64,000 nucleotides of DNA from Minisyncoccota bacterium (GTDB lineage Bacteria; Patescibacteriota; Minisyncoccia; Moranbacterales; UBA2206): NCBI GenBank assembly GCA_031291955.1, contig JARLIA010000005.1, forward strand, positions 9,214 through 73,213. Direction: 5' to 3'. The notes under the pieces were generated by a model. The model had not been told where the DNA came from and made no database searches. It saw nothing but the letters and a program-made list of their open reading frames with translations. Made by a program: the position numbers and the translations under genes. Positions 30,144 to 39,274 of this stretch are shown here, piece by piece (positions within the stretch are counted from its first letter, which is position 1; the number at the start of each line of letters is the position of its first letter).

Positions 30144-30884
30144 ATGAAGTCTTTCTTCAAAATCATCCTCCAGTATTATCTCAAGTACATCACCAAGTTG
30201 GTGCTGTTTATCCATCAGCCGATCGTGATTGCCGTGGCCGGTTCAACCAATAAGACTTTCGCGCGGGATGAAATTAAAAAAATACTTCTGGCTTCCGGGA
30301 AAAGCGTCCGGGCCAATCCGCGAAATTTCAACACCGAAATCGGTTTGCCTTTGGCCATTCTCAATATTAGGAGCGGATACAATTCCTATCGCGATTGGCT
30401 GCCGGTCATTGCTGCGGCTTTTGCGGCGATTTTCCAGAAAAATTTTCCGGAGTATCTCGTTTTGGAATTGGGTGTTTCCCGCCGGGGCGATATGAAATAT
30501 TTACTGTCCATCGTTAATCCAAAAATATCCGTCATCACTGATATCACGCAAAGATATTTGGAAGCGTTTTCCGATATGGATGGTCTGGTTGGGGAATATG
30601 CGTATCTTGTCAAAAATACTAAAAAAGACGGCGTGGTCATTTTGAATTATGATAACTTCCGCGTTCGGGTGCTGTCCGAAAAGGCGAAAGCGAGGGTGGA
30701 ATATTTCGGAAAAGGCGCCGGGGCGGTTTGGAAAATTTCAGAAATCACAAAAACGGAAAAAGGCCAGATGATAAAAGTAGAACATCAAAACAAAATCCAG
30801 AATTATTCTTCGGCGCGTTTCGGCGAACATCATGCCTACGCGCTCACGGCGGCGCTAGCGGCAGAGGAGGCACTGGAAAAATAA
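30144..30884 (+). CDS. Short Mur-ligase (MurF-like) central-domain protein
   Basis: IAVAGSTNKT, NFNTEIGLPLAIL, LVLELGV...GDMKYL, ILNYD; no C-terminal domain. Confidence 0.75.
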   Translation: MKSFFKIILQYYLKYITKLVLFIHQPIVIAVAGSTNKTFARDEIKKILLASGKSVRANPRNFNTEIGLPLAILNIRSGYNSYRDWLPVIAAAFAAIFQKNFPEYLVLELGVSRRGDMKYLLSIVNPKISVITDITQRYLEAFSDMDGLVGEYAYLVKNTKKDGVVILNYDNFRVRVLSEKAKARVEYFGKGAGAVWKISEITKTEKGQMIKVEHQNKIQNYSSARFGEHHAYALTAALAAEEALEK

Positions 30885-30969
30885 AATGTAGCTAATTAGG
30901 CAGTGGGTTGAAATTGACGCCTTTTCTTGAAATGCTAAAATAAAATTATAAGATAAGAATAGCAAAAAA

Positions 30970-33900
30970 ATGCCCGGGCCATCCCCCACTTTTTTCGCCA
31001 GAAAATTTTTCCCCAAACGCGCTTTTTCGCGGCTGGTTTTTGTCCTCCCGATTGTTTTGGGAAGTTTTTTGTTTTTGGGGACAGGGCGGGCGAGCGCGGC
31101 GGCCACTCATTTCATCCGAACAGACGGAAATGACACTTATTGCACTGGCGGAACCGACGCGGCCTGGAACAGCATTTCAAGTTCCGGACAACCTTGCGCC
31201 TGGGCCACACTTGATTATACTTTGACCGGGAAACATATAAGCTACGGGGACACAGTGACAATGGACGCGGGAACCTATCAACCGGTCGGAAGGGTGATTT
31301 CCAGCATCGGAGGTACTTATTCCGGACAGACAACGACAATCGCGGCCAAAAGCGGGGATACGGTGAATATAAACATGCCTTCGGGGTGCGTTTCTCCTTT
31401 GATTCTTGTCACACCCGGCTTTCTCTTGCAACATTTGAATTTTACTAATACCAATTCGGCTTCCGCCGGCTTTTTAAATTTATATACGGCGGGAGCTTAC
31501 GAAGTTCAAGACAGTACTTTTGACGGACACGGGGCCGCCGCTTACGTGGCAAATGCGAACGCGAACAATGTCACTATCAAAATTACCCGATGCAAAATTA
31601 AAAACATAATGCCGGTCGGGGCCGCGATAGAATTATCCTCCGACACAAATGTTGCGGGGATAGTTCAGTCATCCGAATTTAATTCAGCTTCACTTGTTCA
31701 GGTTTCTTCCAATGAGACCAATACGACATTGGATATACGGAACAACACGATCATGAATGTGCCGTCGGGCAGTTATCCGGTAAAGATTGATAACTCGAAT
31801 TCGACGCAGATGGGTCCCTTGGCCATGTATAACAATATCATTCAAATGCAGGATTCGAACAGATACGGAATGTATTTCAGTGATAACGCGGGCAATTATT
31901 ACATCACCAATCCGTCGTCATTTAGCATGAAAGGAAACATATTTTATAATCCGGTTATCACTGACAACACGAGCTTTGATAATATTATATATGCAAATAA
32001 CAACCTCATTCCCATCGATCCGTCGAACAAATTTATAAATCCCAATTTTGTCAGTTCAACCGATCTGCATCTTAATAATAGCGGAGTGACAAATTATGCT
32101 TCTCAAAGAGGCATAAGCGGTTATCTACCCGGAACGGATGCGAACGGCTCACCGTGGTCGGGCACAGATGATGTCGGTTGTTACGCGAATCCCACTGCTG
32201 TTCCGAATGCCTTAAGCTTAATCAATGAGGCAGCCTTTCTGGGGGATTCGATAATGAAAGGCACGGCGGCCACTTCGGGAAACGCGGAGTATAATAAATT
32301 TTCCCAGATGACTGGTGTTCCTGTAGTAACTAGTGGCGCCGGGGTGGGCGGATTAAAAATTCAGGGATCATTCTGGCTGGCCGACAAAGTGGTTTTTGAA
32401 AACGCGGCAAATACTGTTTTTTATGCCATTGGTGTCAACAACTATAGCCGTTCTCCGATCACGCCCGCGAATATGATCACGCAGGAAGCGTCTGATATGA
32501 TAACGTCGACAATGGAGAAATTGGCCGGTTATGGAGTTGTTCCCATATGGTTGGGGGCGGAAAGCGGCTCTGGCACGCAAACGCAAATAGATTCATACAA
32601 CGCGACCATTGAAGATTTCAATTCCAAGGTAGAGGCAAGTTGTGCCAATAATGACTGGTCTTGCGGGTCGATTCTTGATCAAATGAAATTTAATTCCAGC
32701 TGGGAATCGCAATACGAATCCGGCGGATATTACGGTTGCACCAACTCGGCAAACTGCAGCAATATTGGAAATACGCTAGCGACGGATGTCCATCCTAACA
32801 ATTCCGGCCACGCGCTGATTGCGGGACTGGCGGAATATTTATATTTCAATCGCCATACCATAGGAGCTGATAAGATTGATACCGGTGCTGGAGCTCGGAT
32901 ATATGCCAATGGACAGTTCAGGGATTTAGGAATCGCTTCCGGCAACACAGCCAATCTATCTATCACTCCTCAATCCGGCAGTTGGACTTCGGGTGATTAT
33001 GCTCCATGGCTGGACGTTACAATCAACACCTGGAACAACTCCGGCGACCGCGAAAAAAATTGGACCGAAGACGGAACTAATCTGGCTCATGCCACTCAAA
33101 CTCTCCACACTGTCGGCAACTTGGTTTCAGGCCAAGGCTACACGATCAAAATAGACGACACAAAAGCCACCAATTCCAACATCACCGGCTCCGATTGCTC
33201 TAATGGCGTCTGCACCGCCGACTCCAATGGCCAAATCACTTTCACTTACCTCGGCGGCTACTCCACCCACACTTTTGATGTTTCCGACACCACCCCGCCA
33301 TCTCTTTCTGTCACTTCTCCCACGGCCGGAACAATCGTTTCCGGAGACGACACCATCACTTTCACTGATTCAGAAATCACCAATCCCCAATGCAGTCTCG
33401 ACAACACCAACTGGACAAACTGCACTTCCGGAACAACCAGCTTCTCCCAACTGACCGGTTGGAGCTCTATTGCGGAAAAAGATACTTTTATTCTCTATCT
33501 GAAAGACACTGATCTATCTGGCAACACCGGGACAACCGAAGTGGACAATCTCACCAAAGCCGATACCCAGGCGCCGGTGAGATCAGACGGCGCGCCTTCC
33601 GGAGAACTCTCTTCCGGGACGTCTTCGACCACTCTTTCTCTTAAGACTGATGAGAGCGCCACTTGCAAATACGGGACGGAAATATCCGTCCCCTACGACA
33701 GCATGGCCAACGCTTTCACGACCACTGGCGGCACATCTCATTCTACCAACATCACCGGACTGGCTGCCGGCACCGACTACGTCTATTACGTCCGCTGCAA
33801 AGACGGCTCGGAAAACGCCAACGATACCGACTATTTAATTTCTTTCTCCATCGCTACCAAAGAAAACAGCAGTTCCCACACTTCCAATTCCCACCACGAT

Positions 33901-34608
33901 ACCACCGTCGATCTCAATCTTTCCCGCGTCAGCTACAAAACCATTTCTCCCACCGAAATAGACATCACTTGGCACACCAACAACAACGCCGACGAAGAAG
34001 TCAGATACGGCCTTGACCAGAATCTGAAAAACAAGAAATCCAGCAAACAAAAAAACCACCAGCATCTCATCAAAATCCAAAATCTCGCCCCCAACACTAA
34101 ATACTATTTCCGGGCGTCTTCGGAAGACGGGAATGAATCAGCGAGGACCAAAATATATTCCATAACCTTGCCGGCTGACGTACGTACGCCGGTACGTACG
34201 CCGGTACGTACCGGCGTGGGTACGCAGGGCAATGCGTCTCAGCCCGCGCCCTCTCCCCAGCCCTCTCCCGATTACGGGCGAGGGGGCAATACCGCCAAAC
34301 CCAGCGTTTGCAGCTACACCGTCCAATCCGGCGACACGCTGTGGAGCATTGCCAAGAAAGTCTATGGCGACGCGACGCAATATCAAAAAATCATCGATCA
34401 AAACAAAAATCAATATCCGAATATTGAATCAAAACTTTCCATCGGAGAAAAGCTGACCTTCGGCTGTGATAATAATTCAGCCGTTAAGGGCGCCGAGACA
34501 CAGACGTCCTCTGAGATACATGGCAATGCGTCTCTGCAGAATACCAATGCGACTAAATCGCAATCTCAATCACACGCGGTTTGGTGGAATCCATTTACCT
34601 GGTTTTGA
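30970..34608 (+). CDS. Large secreted protein: beta-helix-like region, SGNH hydrolase, FN3 modules, LysM
   Basis: Signal peptide; FLGDSI/GVNN/DVHP SGNH blocks; GLAAGTDYVYYV and NLAPNTKYYFR FN3; YTVQSGDTLWSIAK LysM; WWNPFTWF tail. Confidence 0.85.
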   Translation: MPGPSPTFFARKFFPKRAFSRLVFVLPIVLGSFLFLGTGRASAAATHFIRTDGNDTYCTGGTDAAWNSISSSGQPCAWATLDYTLTGKHISYGDTVTMDAGTYQPVGRVISSIGGTYSGQTTTIAAKSGDTVNINMPSGCVSPLILVTPGFLLQHLNFTNTNSASAGFLNLYTAGAYEVQDSTFDGHGAAAYVANANANNVTIKITRCKIKNIMPVGAAIELSSDTNVAGIVQSSEFNSASLVQVSSNETNTTLDIRNNTIMNVPSGSYPVKIDNSNSTQMGPLAMYNNIIQMQDSNRYGMYFSDNAGNYYITNPSSFSMKGNIFYNPVITDNTSFDNIIYANNNLIPIDPSNKFINPNFVSSTDLHLNNSGVTNYASQRGISGYLPGTDANGSPWSGTDDVGCYANPTAVPNALSLINEAAFLGDSIMKGTAATSGNAEYNKFSQMTGVPVVTSGAGVGGLKIQGSFWLADKVVFENAANTVFYAIGVNNYSRSPITPANMITQEASDMITSTMEKLAGYGVVPIWLGAESGSGTQTQIDSYNATIEDFNSKVEASCANNDWSCGSILDQMKFNSSWESQYESGGYYGCTNSANCSNIGNTLATDVHPNNSGHALIAGLAEYLYFNRHTIGADKIDTGAGARIYANGQFRDLGIASGNTANLSITPQSGSWTSGDYAPWLDVTINTWNNSGDREKNWTEDGTNLAHATQTLHTVGNLVSGQGYTIKIDDTKATNSNITGSDCSNGVCTADSNGQITFTYLGGYSTHTFDVSDTTPPSLSVTSPTAGTIVSGDDTITFTDSEITNPQCSLDNTNWTNCTSGTTSFSQLTGWSSIAEKDTFILYLKDTDLSGNTGTTEVDNLTKADTQAPVRSDGAPSGELSSGTSSTTLSLKTDESATCKYGTEISVPYDSMANAFTTTGGTSHSTNITGLAAGTDYVYYVRCKDGSENANDTDYLISFSIATKENSSSHTSNSHHDTTVDLNLSRVSYKTISPTEIDITWHTNNNADEEVRYGLDQNLKNKKSSKQKNHQHLIKIQNLAPNTKYYFRASSEDGNESARTKIYSITLPADVRTPVRTPVRTGVGTQGNASQPAPSPQPSPDYGRGGNTAKPSVCSYTVQSGDTLWSIAKKVYGDATQYQKIIDQNKNQYPNIESKLSIGEKLTFGCDNNSAVKGAETQTSSEIHGNASLQNTNATKSQSQSHAVWWNPFTWF

Positions 34609-34693
34609 AATATTCAAATTTTATTTTAGAGAGTCACGGAAAATCGCGCCTCTTTTTGTTTTATGGTATAATTTGGATAGAAATCTTAAACTT

Positions 34694-35011
34694 ATGGCAC
34701 CGATGAAAGGCAGACTCAAAAAAGAAGTGACCGACATTAACCGGGAGATTCGTAACCGGGTGGCCGGGTATATCGTGACAGCCTTGGGGTTGGTGGCGGG
34801 TTTGGCGTGGAACAACGCCGTCCAGGGTTTTATTGAATATTTTTTTCCGGCCAATAAAAGCGGTTCAATCTGGGCCAAATTTATCTACGCCGTAATTTTG
34901 ACTTTGGTGGTGGTTTTCATTAGTTTTTATGTGGTGAAATTGCTCCGCGGAAAAGATATCCAAGAGGAAGACAAGAAAAAATCCGAGGTCAAATCAAAAG
35001 GTTTGAAATAA
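34694..35011 (+). CDS. DUF5654-like small membrane protein
   Basis: YIVTALGLVAGLAWNNAV...KFIYAVILT. Confidence 0.75.
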   Translation: MAPMKGRLKKEVTDINREIRNRVAGYIVTALGLVAGLAWNNAVQGFIEYFFPANKSGSIWAKFIYAVILTLVVVFISFYVVKLLRGKDIQEEDKKKSEVKSKGLK

Positions 35012-35018
35012 TTTGTCG

Positions 35019-35951
35019 ATGTCTCATAACTTCCTATATTTTTATCAGCACTTGCCCGAAGCGGTCAGCCCGATCGCTTTTTCTGTCGGACCGCTCTCGA
35101 TCCAGTGGTATCCGCTGATGTACCTGATTGGGTTCGTTATCGTTTATTTTCTTTTGCGATATAGGATAAAAAAAGGAGAAGCGGAAAAAATTTTCAATTT
35201 TCAATTTTTCCGGCTACGCCAGATCTCGCAAAGCGAGACAATTTCCAAACAATTTTCAATTTTTAAATTTCAAAATAATTTATTAATCGATTTACTGCTT
35301 TGGATCTTTGCTGGTTTGGTTGTCGGTGCGCGGCTGGGGTACGTGCTTTTTTATAACTTGCCGTACTATTGGCAATATCCACTATCTATCATTTCACCCT
35401 TTGATCCGGTCACGCATCAGTATATCGGAATCTACGGCATGAGCTACCACGGGGGGCTGATCGGTGTCTTTATCGCCGGTTGGCTGTTTGCCCGAAAATA
35501 CAAAATAAATTTTTGGCACTTGGGCAACTTCATCGCGCCGGCGGTGCCAGCCGGATATTTTTTCGGACGGATTGGCAATTTTATGAACGGGGAGCTGTGG
35601 GGAAGGGCGACGACTGCCTGGTGGGGAATGTATTTCCCTGATTCCGGCGGGACGGAAAATTTTATCCAATTGCGTTACCCCTCGCAATTCATCGAAGCCT
35701 TTTTGGAAGGAATAATTTTGTTTTTGATTCTCTGGCCGCTAAGAAATAAAAAATTTGTCCGCGAAAATGCTTTGGCGGTCTATCTTCTCGGCTATGCTCT
35801 GACTCGCTTCTTGGCTGAGTTTTTCCGGGCGCCGGACAGTCAGCTGGGTTTTATTTTCGGACCATTTACTATGGGCCAAGTCTTGAGTGTTATCCTGGTC
35901 GCCGCCGTCATTCTTATTTTCTGTATTCAAAAAACAAAAAAGGTGGTATAA
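35019..35951 (+). CDS. lgt: Prolipoprotein diacylglyceryl transferase with an in-frame insertion
   Basis: VGARLGYV, GMSYHGG, GRIGNFMNGELWGR, RYPSQ, EFFRAPD. Confidence 0.95.
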   Translation: MSHNFLYFYQHLPEAVSPIAFSVGPLSIQWYPLMYLIGFVIVYFLLRYRIKKGEAEKIFNFQFFRLRQISQSETISKQFSIFKFQNNLLIDLLLWIFAGLVVGARLGYVLFYNLPYYWQYPLSIISPFDPVTHQYIGIYGMSYHGGLIGVFIAGWLFARKYKINFWHLGNFIAPAVPAGYFFGRIGNFMNGELWGRATTAWWGMYFPDSGGTENFIQLRYPSQFIEAFLEGIILFLILWPLRNKKFVRENALAVYLLGYALTRFLAEFFRAPDSQLGFIFGPFTMGQVLSVILVAAVILIFCIQKTKKVV

Positions 35952-35966
35952 TTTTCAGTAAGATAA

Positions 35967-37034
35967 ATGAAAATTACCAAAAAAACAAAAACCATTGACA
36001 GCTTCTGCCGAAAAGACCGCACCGGAAAATATTTTGATTATCCACTGGCTCGCTTCGCGCGCCGCTATTCCGGGCCGGCCGTCCTCTATTCTTCCAAATA
36101 CGGCCGCGTGGATAATTTTTCTACCGATAATCTTTATCTTCATTACATTAAGAGCGACAAAAAGCCGGACTTCTCAAGTTTCGACGGCTTTTTACGTTTC
36201 GAGAAAAAAATCCCGCTTGGTTATGCCATAAAAAATCGTCTGGATATCCGCCAGGCAGTCGTCGAGCGATACGGCGGTGCCAGAGAATATTTCATGGATT
36301 TGACCCGTGGCCATTTCGGCGAACTGTCTCCGGTCAAGCTGTGGAATGTGTCCATTGTTGGCGCTCTTTTTGTGGGGATGTTTTTGATGACCTCTATCTA
36401 TCGTTATCTTGGCCAGGACGCCGGAGCAGCCGGGGTTCAAGTTTCATCGAGTACGGAAGTCCAGCCGCAAGTTTTGGGCGATCAAACTGAGAATGTCGAC
36501 TCAGGCAACACGGGCAACAGCGCGGCTGAGCAGGCGGCGCTTAAGGAATATGTAGCCAAGATCATGTCCGATTATCAGAGAGATCCCCAGCAGGATCAGC
36601 AGGAATTTCTCACCCAAGAGATGACCAAATTGGTCAAAGGATATCCGATTGAAGAGATGGTTCCCTATATCGCCAAGCAGGACAAGGTTGTGGCGGCTTT
36701 TATGATTGCTATCGCCAAGCAGGAGTCCGACTGGGGCGTGCACGTGCCGGTGGATCCTGATGGCAACGATTGCTTCAACTATTGGGGCTGGCGTGGAAAG
36801 AATGCTATTGGGACGGCTGGCCACTCATGCTTTGCCAGTCGTGAACAGGCGGTCGACACAGTGGCCAAAAGGTTGAACTTCCTAATCTCGGACGAAAAAA
36901 TAAATACGCCAGGGAAGATGGTAGTGGTTTGGAAATGCGGCTATGACTGCTCGTGGGACAATCCGGCGGCGGTCGACCAGTGGGTCTACGCCGTCAATCT
37001 ATACCTCAATAAATTAAACGTTTCATCAAGCTGA
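35967..37034 (+). CDS. Membrane-anchored protein with lysozyme/glucosaminidase-like domain
   Basis: TM; IAIAKQESDWG..CFNYWGW..F.S.EQAV; paralog of the next gene. Confidence 0.7.
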   Translation: MKITKKTKTIDSFCRKDRTGKYFDYPLARFARRYSGPAVLYSSKYGRVDNFSTDNLYLHYIKSDKKPDFSSFDGFLRFEKKIPLGYAIKNRLDIRQAVVERYGGAREYFMDLTRGHFGELSPVKLWNVSIVGALFVGMFLMTSIYRYLGQDAGAAGVQVSSSTEVQPQVLGDQTENVDSGNTGNSAAEQAALKEYVAKIMSDYQRDPQQDQQEFLTQEMTKLVKGYPIEEMVPYIAKQDKVVAAFMIAIAKQESDWGVHVPVDPDGNDCFNYWGWRGKNAIGTAGHSCFASREQAVDTVAKRLNFLISDEKINTPGKMVVVWKCGYDCSWDNPAAVDQWVYAVNLYLNKLNVSSS

Positions 37035-37191
37035 TCCGCGGTTGGCTGTGGATAACTTTTGGCAATTTATGGCTCCAGAGAGCCATTTTATTTTTTCTGT
37101 CCGAAAAACTCGTTGACAGTCTGACGGTAAGTCTGATAGCCTGATATGGTCGTTTTGAAAATCTGAACACAGGGGAAGGGGAAGCAATCAA

Positions 37192-37911
37192 ATGACAGAT
37201 GACAATCCTGCTAAGCGTCTGCGAAGGAAGGAAAGCAGATTAAGAGAGCTTACGGAATGCAAAAAAAGGAATATTTTAGCGCTTTTCATTCTCGTGATTT
37301 TTGCGAGGTTGTTTTTTTCTGTCTTGTTTGGCGATAGCGCTTACGCCGAAAGACCGAACTCGTCCGTGCACCCGCGTCCGGAAATCATCGATCCCATGGA
37401 AAGGATTGGAAGAAGTTCGTTGCCCGGGTATCCTGTCGAAAAAATTTGCCAAGTTCATTCCGGCTTCTTGGAGGCTGGCAATATTGACAGGGAAAACGAA
37501 AAGAATAAGGAAAAGGAAGTGGCGCTCCAGGATCTATTGGCCGGCTATCCGATCGAAAGGATGGCTCCCTATATTGCTAAACAAGATAAGACAGTGGCCG
37601 CTTTTCTTATCGGGATCGCCCGGAAGGAATCGACTTGGGGAGTTCACGCGCCGCGACTCGATGGCCGCGACTGCTACAACTACTGGGGCTACAAAGGAAG
37701 TTATAATTTAGTGGATGGCTATTCCTGCTTTGATAGTCCTGAGCAAGCCGTCGCAGTGGTGGGCGGCCGGCTCCAAACTTTAGTTTCTCAGAATCTGGAC
37801 ACGCCAGCGCGGATGGCGGTTTGGAAATGCGGCGGCCAGTGTGCATCTGATTCCGGCGTCGCCGGCTGGATCGCGACGGTGAGCGGATATTTTTATAAAT
37901 TGAATTCTTAA
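37192..37911 (+). CDS. Paralogous lysozyme/glucosaminidase-like protein
   Basis: GYPIERMAPYIAKQDK, IARKESTWG..CYNYWGY. Confidence 0.7.
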   Translation: MTDDNPAKRLRRKESRLRELTECKKRNILALFILVIFARLFFSVLFGDSAYAERPNSSVHPRPEIIDPMERIGRSSLPGYPVEKICQVHSGFLEAGNIDRENEKNKEKEVALQDLLAGYPIERMAPYIAKQDKTVAAFLIGIARKESTWGVHAPRLDGRDCYNYWGYKGSYNLVDGYSCFDSPEQAVAVVGGRLQTLVSQNLDTPARMAVWKCGGQCASDSGVAGWIATVSGYFYKLNS

Positions 37912-38110
37912 CTTTGAGAAAAGAACTTTGAAAAAAATCCGGTTAGCCGGATTTTTTGTCATTTGTGGAGAGGGGAATAGCTGGTATAATAATAGTAGCA
38001 ATTCGCGCCGACGGGATTGATGGTGGAATAATTTTCAATGATTCAATTTAAAATTTTAAATTAAGATTTCACTTTAAATTTCAAATTCTAAATTTAAAAA
38101 TTATAAAAAA

Positions 38111-39268
38111 ATGCCCAACAGAAAAACAATCTTCCTGGTACTAGTTTTCTGCGGGCTTTTCGGTCTGGCGAAAAGTTCGCTGGCGGTGCCGAGTATTTCC
38201 GGCTTTTCCGGGACGGTGGTCAACGAATCATCAATCACCATATCGGGGAGTGGTTTTCAGAGTAAAGCCACGGCTAAGCCCCTGTTATGGGCTGATTTTG
38301 CGGAAGGAAATACCAATCCTTCATCGCTCGGCCAGATTACATCCTGGGATATCGCAGAAAGTCCAGTTCTAGACTCAAGTCCTTCCATTGACTGCCACTC
38401 GTCTCATTGCATGACATCTGGCTCACAATTCTGGTACAGCAATGGCGGTAATGGTATGGCAATGGGTATCAATCCCGCGGGATTGGTCGGGACTTACGGT
38501 CAACAGATGTATATTAATTTTTGGAGAAGGATTGACAGCCATTATGCCTCGGAAATTCAGACCAGCCAAGGGCCTAACGTGAAATGGCTAAGAATTTGGG
38601 GGAACGACACAAACCCGCCGCACGGATACCCCGATACATATACCTCTCAAGTACAATGCGACGGAGGGAATCCGATTTACACGGAAATGGCCGGTTCATG
38701 GGAGGTGTGGCCCGGTAGCTGGATTCTTCCCACGACCACTTGGAAAAATGAGGAATACATATATAAATACAATAGTGCGGTCGGTCAAGCCAATGGTGTA
38801 TTTGATATTCAAATGAATCAGATAATGGAGTCAACGTCTACTAATTGGCAATCCGATTCTTCATCATACCCACTGACAGGTCAGGGTGATATTGATATTC
38901 AAGATGAATTCAGCCCGGAAACTTGCGGTTCAGACTCGTCATATATGCCGCAATCACCCGATGCAGTCTGGTATGACGGCATTTATATTGACGACACGTG
39001 GCAGCGGGTGATGATTTGCGATTCTTCAACCTGGGCAAGCAGAACGCACTGCGAAATCCAGATTCCCTCCGCCTGGTCGGATAACGGAACCGCGGCATCC
39101 ATAACGGCTACCGCTAATCAAGGATCATTCCCCGACGGTTCTACCGCCTATCTCTACGTCGTCGATTCAACCAACACCACCAACGCCTCCGGCTATCCGA
39201 TCGCCTTCGGTTCTTTCGGTTCCGGCACCGCTGTTCCCAACAGCCCGACGGGACTGAGTGTGGAATGA
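38111..39268 (+). CDS. Secreted protein ending in a PNSPTGLSVE tail
   Basis: Signal FCGLFGLAKSSLA; beta-rich core; CEIQIPSAWSD module. Confidence 0.85.
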   Translation: MPNRKTIFLVLVFCGLFGLAKSSLAVPSISGFSGTVVNESSITISGSGFQSKATAKPLLWADFAEGNTNPSSLGQITSWDIAESPVLDSSPSIDCHSSHCMTSGSQFWYSNGGNGMAMGINPAGLVGTYGQQMYINFWRRIDSHYASEIQTSQGPNVKWLRIWGNDTNPPHGYPDTYTSQVQCDGGNPIYTEMAGSWEVWPGSWILPTTTWKNEEYIYKYNSAVGQANGVFDIQMNQIMESTSTNWQSDSSSYPLTGQGDIDIQDEFSPETCGSDSSYMPQSPDAVWYDGIYIDDTWQRVMICDSSTWASRTHCEIQIPSAWSDNGTAASITATANQGSFPDGSTAYLYVVDSTNTTNASGYPIAFGSFGSGTAVPNSPTGLSVE

Positions 39269-39274
39269 AAAAAC

